From Clostridia bacterium (GTDB lineage: Bacteria; Bacillota; Clostridia; Christensenellales; UBA1242): a DNA stretch of 64,000 nucleotides. The notes below the pieces were generated by a model. It saw nothing but the letters and a program-made list of their open reading frames with translations, was not told the origin of the DNA and did no database searches. Numbering within the stretch: the first letter of the stretch is position 1; each line of letters starts with the position of its first letter. The position numbers and the translations under genes are program-made. This document shows positions 36,759-46,409 of the stretch, in pieces. The stretch lies in the NCBI GenBank assembly GCA_017507215.1, contig JAFWBI010000003.1, forward strand, positions 15,687-79,686, in the 5' to 3' direction.

Positions 36759-38363
36759 ATGAAAATTGAAGAAATATTAAAGAAATACTTTGATTGGACT
36801 GAGCAAGATGTTGCCACCAGACAAATCATTCTTCAAAATCGAGATATTAGCGAAGAAGAAGCAGTGAAAAAGATTGCCTTTTTTGAATCAGAATTGGGAT
36901 TTGATAGGGCTGAAATTGTTAAAATGTTTAAAAGGCAGCCGACAATATTATTCTTTTCAGATGTTGAAATTTTTGAAAGAGTTGAATTTTTTAAATCAGA
37001 GTTGGGATTTGAAAAAGAAGAGGTTGTTAAAATGGTAAAGAGTCAGCCAATGCTTTTGTGTTTGGCAGAAGATTCAATTAAAGAGAGATTAGAATTTTTT
37101 GAAACTGAATTTGATTTAGACAAACCTGAACTTAAGCAGATGTTGAAGCGTTTGCCAACCATTCTTGGGCTTACAGAAGACACTGTTAAGGGAAAAGTGA
37201 AATTTTATCAAAAAGAAATGGGTTTAAGCAAGGCTGAATTTGTGAAGATGCTTAAAAGTCAACCTTCGCTTCTTGCTTATGCAGATGAAGAAATTAAAAA
37301 CAAAATCAAAATTGTTAGACAAGAGTTTGGTGTTTTGAAAGATGATGCCATTAAAATTATAAAATCTACACCAACACTTCTCACATTTTCTGAAGAGTTA
37401 ATGAAGAGTAAGGTGGAATTTTTTGAATCAGAGTTTGGACTTTCAAAGCCTGAATTTGTGAAGTTGGTTTCAAGAGTGTCATCACTTTTGACAATTTCAG
37501 AAGAAACACTCAAAGGCAAAGTTGAGTTTTATGAAAGGGAGTTTGGGCTTTCAAAAACTGAATTTATCAAAATGCTCAAGACCCAACCTTCGCTTCTTGT
37601 TTATGCAGAAGAAGAAATCAAAAACAAGGCAGATTTTTATCAAAGTGAATTTGGTTTGAAAAAGGCTGAATTTATTAAGATGTTAAAAGTTTTGCCATCA
37701 ATGATTACATTTGCTCAGGAGAGCGTGAAACAAAAAGCTGAGTTTTACAAAAAGCAGTTTTCTTTAAGCAACGATGAGTTTATCAGAATGCTTAAAAGTC
37801 ATCCAACACTTCTCACAAACGCTGAAGAAACAGTGATTAAAAAAGGGTTGCTTTATCAGCAAGAATTGGGCGTTAGTGAAGCTGAATATGCTAAAATGGT
37901 GAAAACATTGCCAACAATGTTGGGCTTTTCAGATGAAAGCATAAAAGAAAAATATAGACAAATTAAAGAGTTAAACATTTCAAAGGAAACACTTCTTGCA
38001 TCTCCAAATATTTTGGTTGTTCCTGCAAATGTGCTTAAACTTAGATATATGATTTTAAGACAAATTGCATCAAGAGAAGATATCCTTTCAAGACCTAACT
38101 GGTTTATGACGAGTCAGGCAAAAACTTATGCTCGAATTGCGTATATTCAAAATGAAACAAAAGTTGACCCAACACTTTTTAGAGTGTTGCAAGAAGAAAA
38201 GAAGTTTGTTAGAACCTATGACGTTGAGTCTGAAGAACTTATGCAAAAATATCAAATCACTCCAAAAATGATTGCTTTACTTGAAAGATATATGGAAGAT
38301 GAAAAGATATCTTTCAATGCAGAAGAAAAAGAGTTTTTAGCAAAAGAATATGGAGAATCATAA
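36759..38363 (+). CDS. mTERF-like helical repeat protein (534 aa; at least 10 tandem 36-aa repeats)
   Basis: The repeat consensus is F[FY]xSEFGLSKxEFxKMLKxxP[ST]LLxxxEExxKxKxE. This matches the mTERF-motif pattern of plant and animal organellar mTERF proteins, e.g. LGxSxxxIxKIxxxxPxLLxxSxExxLxPKxEFL, which have a ~36-aa period. Pattern recognition only; no HMM was run. Confidence 0.6.
   Translation: MKIEEILKKYFDWTEQDVATRQIILQNRDISEEEAVKKIAFFESELGFDRAEIVKMFKRQPTILFFSDVEIFERVEFFKSELGFEKEEVVKMVKSQPMLLCLAEDSIKERLEFFETEFDLDKPELKQMLKRLPTILGLTEDTVKGKVKFYQKEMGLSKAEFVKMLKSQPSLLAYADEEIKNKIKIVRQEFGVLKDDAIKIIKSTPTLLTFSEELMKSKVEFFESEFGLSKPEFVKLVSRVSSLLTISEETLKGKVEFYEREFGLSKTEFIKMLKTQPSLLVYAEEEIKNKADFYQSEFGLKKAEFIKMLKVLPSMITFAQESVKQKAEFYKKQFSLSNDEFIRMLKSHPTLLTNAEETVIKKGLLYQQELGVSEAEYAKMVKTLPTMLGFSDESIKEKYRQIKELNISKETLLASPNILVVPANVLKLRYMILRQIASREDILSRPNWFMTSQAKTYARIAYIQNETKVDPTLFRVLQEEKKFVRTYDVESEELMQKYQITPKMIALLERYMEDEKISFNAEEKEFLAKEYGES
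36879..37958 (+). repeat. Ten in-phase 108-nt (36-aa) tandem repeats with a higher-order 3-repeat (324-nt) duplication
   Basis: The repeats start at aa 41 (FFESELGFDRAEIVKMFKRQPTILFFSDVEIFERVE) and continue without indels for 10 units. Unit 3 resembles unit 6 (..KPE..T.KGKV.). Unit 4 resembles unit 7 (FYQKEMGLSKAEFVKMLKSQPSLLAYADEEIKNK vs FYEREFGLSKTEFIKMLKTQPSLLVYAEEEIKNK). Unit 5 resembles unit 8. Confidence 0.8.
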
Positions 38364-38656
38364 TGGACCAAGAAGTTTATGAAATTTTGAAAAGTTTCGA
38401 TATTTCAGATTTAGAGATTAAAGATGTTTTGGCTGTTGCACCAATGATGGAAAATGTTTCGTGTGACGAATTTGCAATGAATTGCTTTTTGCTTAAAAAA
38501 CACGGTTATCCAGATTCAGACTTAGATGTTTTGTTTTTGGCAAATCCGAATATTTTTGTGAAAGATGCCGAAGAACTTGAAACTGAGCTTGAAAATTTAA
38601 AAGCTCAATATGGTGATATTGAAACATTGTTAAAGCAAGACCCAATGATTATTTAA
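38363..38656 (+). CDS. Small mTERF-like repeat protein (97 aa, ~2.5 repeats), translationally coupled to the upstream gene
   Basis: There is a TAATG stop/start overlap at 38361-38365. The sequence LKSFDISDLEIKDVLAVAPMM...LLKKHGYPDSDLDVLFLANPNIF...YGDIETLLKQDP follows the same G-x-s...P-x-h-h repeat logic. Confidence 0.5.
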   Translation: MDQEVYEILKSFDISDLEIKDVLAVAPMMENVSCDEFAMNCFLLKKHGYPDSDLDVLFLANPNIFVKDAEELETELENLKAQYGDIETLLKQDPMII

Positions 38657-38665
38657 TTAAGAACA

Positions 38666-38696
38666 AAAAAGAGCACGGTTGATGCTCTTTTTTTTG
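38666..38696 (+). terminator. Rho-independent terminator
   Basis: AGAGCA (38670-38675), 7-nt loop, TGCTCT (38683-38688), then T8. Confidence 0.75.
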
Positions 38697-38742
38697 TGCC
38701 AAAAAAGAACGCCTTTGAATAATCTATAATAAGTAGGTGTTT

Positions 38743-39993
38743 ATGAAATATGTTGTAAGTGGTGGTAATAAACTTTTTGGAAAACTTAAGGTTGATTCAG
38801 CAAAAAATGCTATTCTTCCAATTATTGCAGCGACTATTATGTGCGATGAAGACTGTGTGATTGAAGACATTCCACTTTATTTAGATGTTATTGAAATGGG
38901 GCTGATTTTAGAAAAACTGGGAAAGAAGGTGGAAGTTTCTAATGGAAATATGATAATTTCAGGAGCGCTTTCAAGCACGTCCGTCATCATGGCAGAAACT
39001 AAAACGCTTCGCTCAAGTATATTCATGATGGGTTCAATTCTGTCTAAATATCGCAAGGCAATTTTCACTTATCCCGGTGGGTGTGATATAGGAAAGCGGC
39101 CAATAGACATTCATCTTGCAGGGCTTGAAAAACTTGGAATCAAGTTTTCATTTGCAAATGACTTGATTTATTCTGATGCGAGCAAAATTCAGGGGAGTGT
39201 TGTTGAACTTTCTTTTCCAAGTGTGGGAGCAACTGAAAATATAATGATGGCAAGCACGCTTATTGATGGAGAGATAACCGTCATCAAAAATGCTGCAAGA
39301 GAGCCAGAAATTGTTGAGCTTGCAAGATTTATAAATTCGATGGGTGGAAAGGTTTTTGGTGCAGGATATGAAACCATTGTGATTTATGGCGTGAAGAAAC
39401 TTTATGGAACAACTTTTAAGTGTATTGGTGACAGAATTGCTGCCGGAACATATTTAATTGCCGGTGCTATGTGTGGTGGAAAGATAGAACTTGAAGGAAT
39501 TGACCCAAATTTTTTATTGCCACTTATTGTATTTTTGCGTAATTCTGGTTGCAACATTGATTTGTTTAGTGATAAAATAACCTTAGAAAACTTTTCAAGG
39601 TTGAAATCCTGTGAAAAAATCGAAACGTCAATCTATCCCGGATTTCCAACGGACTTGCAGTCGCCGATGCTGGTGATGCAAACCATTTCTAAGGGAACGT
39701 CAATCATTCATGAAACGGTGTTTGAAGCAAGATTCAAGGTGGTGACGGAACTTCTTAAAATGGGTGCAAAAATCAATGTTAGCGAAAGGTATGCAACGGT
39801 TGTGGGGGTTACTAAGTTAAAGCCTGCTGAAGTGGCTTGTCCTGACCTTCGTGGTGGTGCTGGGCTGGTGCTTGCAGGGCTTGTTGCAAAAGGCAAAACC
39901 GTTATCGACGAAATTTTTCACGTGGAACGTGGGTATTATAACCTAGACAAAAACCTTAGAAGTTTGGGTGCAATTATTGATAAGGTAGATTAA
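38743..39993 (+). CDS. murA: UDP-N-acetylglucosamine 1-carboxyvinyltransferase
   Basis: Opens MKYVVSGGNKLFGKLKVDSAKNAILPIIAA. The active-site Cys lies in YPGGCDIGKRPIDIH. The C-terminus is FHVERGYYNLDKNLRSLGA. I prefer the ATG at 38743 to the GTG at 38737. Confidence 0.9.
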   Translation: MKYVVSGGNKLFGKLKVDSAKNAILPIIAATIMCDEDCVIEDIPLYLDVIEMGLILEKLGKKVEVSNGNMIISGALSSTSVIMAETKTLRSSIFMMGSILSKYRKAIFTYPGGCDIGKRPIDIHLAGLEKLGIKFSFANDLIYSDASKIQGSVVELSFPSVGATENIMMASTLIDGEITVIKNAAREPEIVELARFINSMGGKVFGAGYETIVIYGVKKLYGTTFKCIGDRIAAGTYLIAGAMCGGKIELEGIDPNFLLPLIVFLRNSGCNIDLFSDKITLENFSRLKSCEKIETSIYPGFPTDLQSPMLVMQTISKGTSIIHETVFEARFKVVTELLKMGAKINVSERYATVVGVTKLKPAEVACPDLRGGAGLVLAGLVAKGKTVIDEIFHVERGYYNLDKNLRSLGAIIDKVD

Positions 39994-39999
39994 CTATTT

Positions 40000-40863
40000 A
40001 TGAAACGAAAGAAGTTTTGGATTATTTTTGGTAGTTGTTGTTTAAGTGTTGTTCTTTTATGCACTATTTTTGCTCTTGTGTTTAGACTTAAAACAGTTGA
40101 TATTGAAATTCGCTCAAGAGAAGAAATGACAAAAACCAATCTTGGTGAAGGCATTAAAGAATCGGTGCTTGATTCGGGTGAGTTTGATTTTGGCAAAAAT
40201 ATTGTCTTTATGAACTTTGAAGATAATATTGCAAAAATTGAAAAGAGCAATCCTTATGTTAAGGTTGAACAAGTGGTTCGACATTTTCCAAATATTGTCA
40301 GAGTTTATATCTCTGAAAGAGTGCCAAGGTATAGAGTGAAAGATGCGTCAAGCGAAAACTGGTATATCTTAGATGTTGAATTTAAGGTTTTAGACAAAGT
40401 TTCAACAGCAGAGCTTGAGTCTAAAGTTGTTTGTGGAAACTCTTGCTATTTCGACCGAACAATAGAAATCACAAAAGAAACATTGACTCTTTCATCGGCA
40501 ATTATCGGTGAGTTTGTTGAAGATGACATCAGTGTTTATTTGACCGACATAACAACCGGTGTTTATGGAAAAACAAAAGATATCACAGCTGTTAGAAAAA
40601 TTAGTTACTCTGGCGTTGACCAAAGATTTATTATCACAATGAGAAATGCTGGAAACAATGAGCAACTCGGTTGCAATATTGTGATTTCTGGAACAAGCAA
40701 ACTTTATGAAAAAGTTTTAAAGGGAACAGTTGTTTTCTTAGATGGTCAAGAAATTGAAGCTGGTGATGGCAGAATTCAAAATAATCCAGATGAAATTATT
40801 GAAGTTAAGCAAGATTCAGATGGAAAAATTTATGTTATTAAGCCAAATGGTGAAACAGAATAA
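40000..40863 (+). CDS. divIB: Cell division protein DivIB/FtsQ (TM anchor + POTRA-like domain)
   Basis: It has a basic N-terminus and a single TM (FWIIFGSCCLSVVLLCTIFALVF). VRHFPNIVRVYISERVP matches the FtsQ/DivIB POTRA-beta signature. It lies immediately upstream of ftsA-ftsZ. Confidence 0.7.
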   Translation: MKRKKFWIIFGSCCLSVVLLCTIFALVFRLKTVDIEIRSREEMTKTNLGEGIKESVLDSGEFDFGKNIVFMNFEDNIAKIEKSNPYVKVEQVVRHFPNIVRVYISERVPRYRVKDASSENWYILDVEFKVLDKVSTAELESKVVCGNSCYFDRTIEITKETLTLSSAIIGEFVEDDISVYLTDITTGVYGKTKDITAVRKISYSGVDQRFIITMRNAGNNEQLGCNIVISGTSKLYEKVLKGTVVFLDGQEIEAGDGRIQNNPDEIIEVKQDSDGKIYVIKPNGETE

Positions 40864-40893
40864 AAGGCAGGGCGAAAACCTTGCCTTTTTATT
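40863..40893 (+). terminator. Probable rho-independent terminator after divIB
   Basis: AAGGCAGGG pairs with CCTTGCCTT (9 bp, one G-U), followed by T5ATTT. Confidence 0.55.
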
Positions 40894-40948
40894 TGCGTTT
40901 ATAATCGAGTAAATTCGCACATAATTTAATAATTGAAGACATTTTTGT

Positions 40949-40977
40949 TTGACACAAATTCGCTTCACGAATATACT
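40949..40977 (+). promoter_or_regulatory. Sigma-A promoter for ftsA-ftsZ
   Basis: TTGACA (40949-40954), 17-nt spacer, TATACT (40972-40977). A single Spo0A-box heptamer TGTCGAA lies at 40997-41003, between the -10 and the ftsA ATG (41016). Confidence 0.6.
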
Positions 40978-41015
40978 TAAACTATCATAGAAATATTGTC
41001 GAAAAAAGGATTTGT

Positions 41016-42161
41016 ATGAGAGAAAGTACTGCTATTATTGATATTGGCTCATCATCAATAGTTACGCTTATTGGTGACAACGGCGTGAATGACACCTTTA
41101 AAATTCTTGGAAAAGGTGAAATTGCTTACGCTGGTTTTCAAAATTCCGAATTTTTAGAACCAGAAAGCTTGAAGTATGCCTTGGCTCAATCAATTTCTAA
41201 TGCTGAAATCACTTCAGAAACAAAAGTTTCAAGTGTTTATATCGGTGTTCCGGGTGAATTTAGCACCTGCGTTACAAAATCAGTTAATCTCACATTTCCT
41301 AAAGCAAAGAAAGTTACAAAATTTGATATCGAAAATATTTTTAAGACCGGCAATTCTTTTGGGGCTGACCAAAAGTATGCTGTTATAAACAACTCAGTTG
41401 TCTATTACGAAATTGATAGTATGCGCAGAGTTATCGACCCTGTTGGCGCAAAGGCAAAATCTATTACCGGCATGATTTCATACGTTCTTGCTGAAAAAGA
41501 ATTTATAGCCTTTGTGAAATCTATCTTTAAAGAATTGAAAATTGAAATTTTAGGGTTTATCTCTTCGCCACTTGCTGAATGTTTATATTTATTTGAACCA
41601 AATGTGCGTGATAAATATGTTCTTTTGGTTGACGTTGGATATATCACAACAACAGTTTCACTTGCTCGTGGAAATGCGCTTTTGTTTATGAGCAGTTTTT
41701 CAATGGGTGGGGGTTACATAACTTCAGATTTGTCTCAATGCTTAAAAATTTCATTTAATGAAGCTGAAAGGTTGAAACATAAAATTGTTCTTGGTTGGAA
41801 CCCTAAGGTGACTGACACCTATGAAGTTGAAGGTGACGAAATTATGCAGTCGTATTCTGCAAAGGCAACAAATGAAATTGTTTCAGACCGAGTTGAAATG
41901 ATTTGCGAATATATCAGCAAGTGCTTAGAGCGTTGCATGTATGACCTTCCTGAATTTTTGCCAGTTTATTTTGTTGGTGGTGGATTCAACTTTATTCACG
42001 GAATAAAAACAATCATAACAAAAAAACTTAAACGAAAAGTTGAGTTTGTTAATGCTATTCAAAACAGAGATATAAGACCATATGATGCCAGTGAAGAAGG
42101 GCTTTTGAACATGATTTTAAATTATGGCTATATGCTTGAAGAATTAATAGTAAAAGTATAA
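41016..42161 (+). CDS. ftsA: Cell division protein FtsA (actin-like ATPase)
   Basis: The phosphate-1 motif is [21 protein letters not shown] is present and GGGFNFIHG is the adenosine motif. It lies directly upstream of ftsZ. Confidence 0.85.
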   Translation: MRESTAIIDIGSSSIVTLIGDNGVNDTFKILGKGEIAYAGFQNSEFLEPESLKYALAQSISNAEITSETKVSSVYIGVPGEFSTCVTKSVNLTFPKAKKVTKFDIENIFKTGNSFGADQKYAVINNSVVYYEIDSMRRVIDPVGAKAKSITGMISYVLAEKEFIAFVKSIFKELKIEILGFISSPLAECLYLFEPNVRDKYVLLVDVGYITTTVSLARGNALLFMSSFSMGGGYITSDLSQCLKISFNEAERLKHKIVLGWNPKVTDTYEVEGDEIMQSYSAKATNEIVSDRVEMICEYISKCLERCMYDLPEFLPVYFVGGGFNFIHGIKTIITKKLKRKVEFVNAIQNRDIRPYDASEEGLLNMILNYGYMLEELIVKV

Positions 42162-42174
42162 CGGAGATAGGACT

Positions 42175-43665
42175 ATGGAAATTAATAATATCACACCTAT
42201 TTGTAAAATTTTAGTTGTTGGTGTTGGTGGTGGTGGCTGTAATGCTGTCAATAGAATGATTGCATCTGAACTTAAAAGTGCGTCTTTTATTGCTGCAAAC
42301 ACAGACAAACAAGCCCTAATGCTCAGCAAAGCTGCAGTTAAGATTCAACTTGGTGAAAAGCTCACCAAAGGTCTTGGCGCTGGTGCAGACCCTGAAGTTG
42401 GAAGAAAAGCAGCTGAAGAAAGCAGAACTCAAATTTGTGAAAAGCTTCGTGGTGTTGACCTTGTGTTTATCACTGCTGGTATGGGTGGTGGAACTGGAAC
42501 TGGTGCTGCTCCTGTTATTGCAAGCATTGCTCGTGAAATGGGAATTTTAACCATTGCAGTTGTTACAAAACCATTCGAATTTGAAGGCAGAACAAGAGCT
42601 GCAAATGCTGAACTTGGAATCAAGAGTTTGAGCAAATGCGTTGACACACTTGTTGTTATTCCAAACGACAGACTTTTGTCAATCGCTCCAAAAGGCACAT
42701 CTATTGTTGATGCGTTTAAATATGCAGATGAAGTTTTAAGAGAAGGCATTCAAGGAATTTCTGACCTTATTGCTACACCATCTCTTATCAACCTTGACTT
42801 TGCTGACGTTAGAACGGTTATGAAAAATCGTGGTCTTGCTCATATGGGCATTGGTGAAGGAAAAGGCGAAAAGAGAAATGAAATTGCAGTTCGTCAAGCG
42901 ATTGCAAGCCCACTTTTAGAAACATCAATCAATGGTGCAAAAGCAGTTATCATCAACGTTATGGGTGGTTTCGACTTAACTCTTGAAGAAGTTAATGATG
43001 CTGTCAACATGGTTAAAGAAGTTGTTTCACCAGACGCAAACACAATTTTTGGTGCTTCAATAGACGAAAAATATAATGATAAAATGATGGTTACCATTGT
43101 TGCAACTGGCTTTGAAGGAAGTAAGTTTGAAAATGCAACAGCTGCTTCAAGACCTAGTTTCTTGCAAGCTCAAAATGGTGCTGATAGACTCAGTCAAATT
43201 TCGAAACCACAAGACACTGGAAACTTTGACAGAAATAGATTCAATGACTTTGTGACTGGCAAGCCAACAGCGATGCGTTCACTTTTTGAAAAGGATTTTG
43301 GAATGTCTGAACCACGACCAGTTCAACAAAATATGCAACCACAACAAGCTTCACAACCACAACCAACAACATTTGAACCAAGAAATGATATGGATTTGTG
43401 GAATAGACTTCGTGGCACAACAAACTCTGCACCTGCAGAACAGACTCAAGTGATTCCAAACCAAGCTGAAATTGATAGAAAATATGGAATCACACCAGAA
43501 CCTATGCAAAATCAACCTGTTCAAAATCAATGTTCAAGGGGACAAGTTCCACCACAAAACCCATATGCTGGAATGAACAACAATTCAGCAATTCAAACAG
43601 GTTCAAACATTAGAGTTGAAGATGCTGAAATCCCACCATTTTTAAGAAGAAAATTCAATAAGTAA
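42175..43665 (+). CDS. ftsZ: Cell division GTPase FtsZ with long Q/P-rich linker
   Basis: Contains [15 protein letters not shown] and the tubulin signature [18 protein letters not shown] is also present. A ~150-aa disordered Q/P/N-rich linker precedes the conserved C-terminal peptide EIPPFLRRK. Confidence 0.97.
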   Translation: MEINNITPICKILVVGVGGGGCNAVNRMIASELKSASFIAANTDKQALMLSKAAVKIQLGEKLTKGLGAGADPEVGRKAAEESRTQICEKLRGVDLVFITAGMGGGTGTGAAPVIASIAREMGILTIAVVTKPFEFEGRTRAANAELGIKSLSKCVDTLVVIPNDRLLSIAPKGTSIVDAFKYADEVLREGIQGISDLIATPSLINLDFADVRTVMKNRGLAHMGIGEGKGEKRNEIAVRQAIASPLLETSINGAKAVIINVMGGFDLTLEEVNDAVNMVKEVVSPDANTIFGASIDEKYNDKMMVTIVATGFEGSKFENATAASRPSFLQAQNGADRLSQISKPQDTGNFDRNRFNDFVTGKPTAMRSLFEKDFGMSEPRPVQQNMQPQQASQPQPTTFEPRNDMDLWNRLRGTTNSAPAEQTQVIPNQAEIDRKYGITPEPMQNQPVQNQCSRGQVPPQNPYAGMNNNSAIQTGSNIRVEDAEIPPFLRRKFNK

Positions 43666-43667
43666 TC

Positions 43668-43696
43668 AAAAGACAGGCTTGCCTGTCTTTTTTCTT
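43668..43696 (+). terminator. Rho-independent terminator after ftsZ
   Basis: AGACAGG / CCTGTCT stem with a CTTG loop, followed by T6. Confidence 0.8.
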
Positions 43697-43794
43697 TGCA
43701 AAATTTTACAAAATTTTAAAGAGCAGGGGTTTTTGTTATGAAAAAAAAGTCAGATTTATTATAATGGAGTCATATAATGTCTTAAGGGGTTTTT

Positions 43795-45426
43795 ATGGAT
43801 TATAAACAAAGATATGATTTGTGGCTTGAAAAAGTCAAAGACGAGTTGCTTTTAAATGAGTTGAAATCAATGAGTGACGAAGATAAAAATTCGGCGTTTT
43901 TCAAGGTTATGGAATTTGGCACAGCTGGTCTTCGTGGCATTGTTGGTGCTGGCAGCAATCGCATGAATATTTACACAGTTGCAAGGGCAACAAATGCGCT
44001 TGTGATTTATATGAAAAAGAATGGTGGAAAAAAGATTGCAATAAGCTATGACAGCCGAATTATGTCAAAGGAATTTGCTGAGCTTGTGGCAGGAATTTGT
44101 GCAAAACAAGGAATTGCCGTTTATCTTTCAAAAGAGCTTATGCCGACGCCATTTTTGTCGTATATGGTGAGATTTTATGGCTGTGATGCAGGTGTTATGA
44201 TAACTGCCAGTCACAATCCAAAAGACTACAACGGATATAAAGTTTATGACAGCGATGGTTGTCAGCTTCTTGAAGAACCATCTTTTGAAATTATGAAAAT
44301 TGCAGAAACTTTAGATGAGTTTTCATTTGAAGCACTAAGCGTTAAAGAAGGCTTGAAACTTGGCTTGATTAAATATACAGATGATGAAATCTTGAACAAA
44401 TATGTTTCAGAAGTTGAGTCTGTTTCTTTAAACAAAATTGAAAACATTTCAGTTTTGTTTTCAGCTTTAAACGGAACAGGCATTCAAACAGTTCCAAGAG
44501 TGCTTAGTGAAAAAGGCGCAAAAGTTGAGCTTAACAAAGTTCAGTGCACTCCAGACAAAAACTTCACAACATGTCCATATCCAAACCCAGAAAAAATTGA
44601 AGTTTATGAAACATCTCTTGAGCTTGCAAAGCTTTCAAATCCAGACCTTATTATTGCAAGTGACCCAGATGCAGACAGAGTTGGTGTCATGGTGAAGCAT
44701 GATGGCAAATTTGTGCATTTAACCGGAAATGAAATCGGTGTTATAATTGAAGATTATCTTTTGAAAAATCGAAAAACAAAAGGTGGTTTTGTGGTTAAAT
44801 CAGTGGTTTCAACGGGGCTTGCTGAAAAGATTGCAGAAAAGTATGGCGCAAAGTGCTTTGACGTTTTGACAGGCTTTAAATATATTGGTGAATTTATCAC
44901 AAATCTTGAAAAACAAGGAAAAGCAAAAGAGTTTGTTTTAGGTTTTGAAGAAAGTTCCGGATATCTTGCAGGAACTCATGTTCGAGATAAAGATGCAACG
45001 GTTGCAAGCATGCTTATTGCTGAAGTGGCAAGTGAACTCAAAAAACAAAACAAGACTATTGCTGACAGGTTGAATGAAATCTATGAAGAATTTGGTTATT
45101 ATCAAGCATATGTTTCGTCTTATAAATTTGCAGGTTCTTCAGGCGATGCGAGAATGAAAGAAATTTTGAAAAGTCTTCGAGAAAATCCACCACAAGAATT
45201 TGCAGGGCTTAAAGTTTTAAGCATTTCAGATTATGCTGGTGGAATAGATGGGCTTCCAAGTGCAAACCTTATCAGTTTTGAGCTTGAAGAAAATACAAGG
45301 GTAATGGTTAGACCATCAGGAACCGAACCACTTATCAAAGTTTATTTGACACTGACTCAAACAAAAGAAAAGAATGACAAAAACAACAAAAAACTTCAAG
45401 AGTGTTTTGAAAAAATGTTTAAGTAA
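43795..45426 (+). CDS. Phosphoglucomutase/phosphomannomutase family phospho-sugar mutase
   Basis: The active-site loop is ITASHNPKDYNGYKVY. The metal-binding block is ASDPDADR, and GFEESSGYL and RPSGTEPLIKVY are present. It resembles PgcA. Confidence 0.85.
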   Translation: MDYKQRYDLWLEKVKDELLLNELKSMSDEDKNSAFFKVMEFGTAGLRGIVGAGSNRMNIYTVARATNALVIYMKKNGGKKIAISYDSRIMSKEFAELVAGICAKQGIAVYLSKELMPTPFLSYMVRFYGCDAGVMITASHNPKDYNGYKVYDSDGCQLLEEPSFEIMKIAETLDEFSFEALSVKEGLKLGLIKYTDDEILNKYVSEVESVSLNKIENISVLFSALNGTGIQTVPRVLSEKGAKVELNKVQCTPDKNFTTCPYPNPEKIEVYETSLELAKLSNPDLIIASDPDADRVGVMVKHDGKFVHLTGNEIGVIIEDYLLKNRKTKGGFVVKSVVSTGLAEKIAEKYGAKCFDVLTGFKYIGEFITNLEKQGKAKEFVLGFEESSGYLAGTHVRDKDATVASMLIAEVASELKKQNKTIADRLNEIYEEFGYYQAYVSSYKFAGSSGDARMKEILKSLRENPPQEFAGLKVLSISDYAGGIDGLPSANLISFELEENTRVMVRPSGTEPLIKVYLTLTQTKEKNDKNNKKLQECFEKMFK

Positions 45427-45456
45427 AAAACAGGGCAAACAGCCCTGTTTTTTTTA
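45427..45456 (+). terminator. Rho-independent terminator
   Basis: CAGGGC (45431-45436), loop AAACA, GCCCTG (45442-45447), then T8. Confidence 0.8.
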
Positions 45457-45557
45457 TGGACAAAATTTCTAATAAAAAAATATTAGCAGACATAAAACAA
45501 AATAATTAGCCAATTTAATTTTATGAATTAAAGCAAGAAATATAATATAATTTTTTT

Positions 45558-46400
45558 ATGGAAAGTTATATTGTTTTTATATTGGTTTCTTTAACTTTAG
45601 ATTATGTTTTATTCTTGTCACTCAAAAGACTATTTAGACTTGAAAGTGGTAATGTTTGTATTTTTTTATTGCAGATTTTAAATGTTTCAGCTGGCGCAAT
45701 TTTCTTAGTTTTAGAGTTAAAGTTTTATCAATTTTTGTTAATGAAAATTTTAGCCTATTTTCTCATATGTTTGCTTATAACCAACAATTATAAATTTTCA
45801 AAATTTATCCCATTTTTCTTTTTGTCACTTGTAATGATGTTTTCTTATTATGGGTTTTCAAAGTTTTTGGTTATGTTTGTTCGTGCGCTGTTTATTCAAA
45901 TTTTTAGCAAAAATTTATCTAAAATTTGTGATTTAGTTATAGTTTTTGCAATTTTATGTTATATTTTTGCGCTTTTTAAAATTATCGATGCCTTTTCAAA
46001 AAATAAAATATTAAACACTTTTTTAAGAAAAGTATCATTTTTTGCATTTGGAAAACATATAGAGTTTATGGGTCTATTAGATTCAGGAAATGTGCTTTAT
46101 GATTCAAAAACAAAACTGCCAGTCATCATTGTAAGTGTCTATTCGCTCAAAAAATATTTGCCGCAAAAAGATTATAAAAACATAACTAATTGCAACTATG
46201 ATAATTTAGCAGTGAGCCACTATTTGAAAGTTGTGACAATTGCAAATAAAAATTTCGATATTCCAATTTTTGATATAAAAAAAGTAAGTGTTTATTTTGG
46301 CACTGAAAAAAGAAGTTTCAGATGTGTGCTTGGAGTTGTAAGTCATAGGTTTGAAAGTTCTAATAGGTATGATTGTTTGCTTCACAGAGATTTTGTTTAA
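45558..46400 (+). CDS. spoIIGA: Sigma-E processing peptidase SpoIIGA
   Basis: Five N-terminal TM segments are followed by the aspartic-protease motif GLLDSGNVLYD. It lies immediately upstream of sigE. Confidence 0.8.
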   Translation: MESYIVFILVSLTLDYVLFLSLKRLFRLESGNVCIFLLQILNVSAGAIFLVLELKFYQFLLMKILAYFLICLLITNNYKFSKFIPFFFLSLVMMFSYYGFSKFLVMFVRALFIQIFSKNLSKICDLVIVFAILCYIFALFKIIDAFSKNKILNTFLRKVSFFAFGKHIEFMGLLDSGNVLYDSKTKLPVIIVSVYSLKKYLPQKDYKNITNCNYDNLAVSHYLKVVTIANKNFDIPIFDIKKVSVYFGTEKRSFRCVLGVVSHRFESSNRYDCLLHRDFV

Positions 46401-46409
46401 GGGGTGTTT

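Noticed and set aside
45457-45557. Spo0A boxes in the spoIIGA upstream region, as in the B. subtilis spoIIG promoter.
   Set aside because: Only weak partial matches are present (GGACA, AGACA) and there is no TGNCGAA/TTCGNCA heptamer. I cannot support a call from sequence alone.
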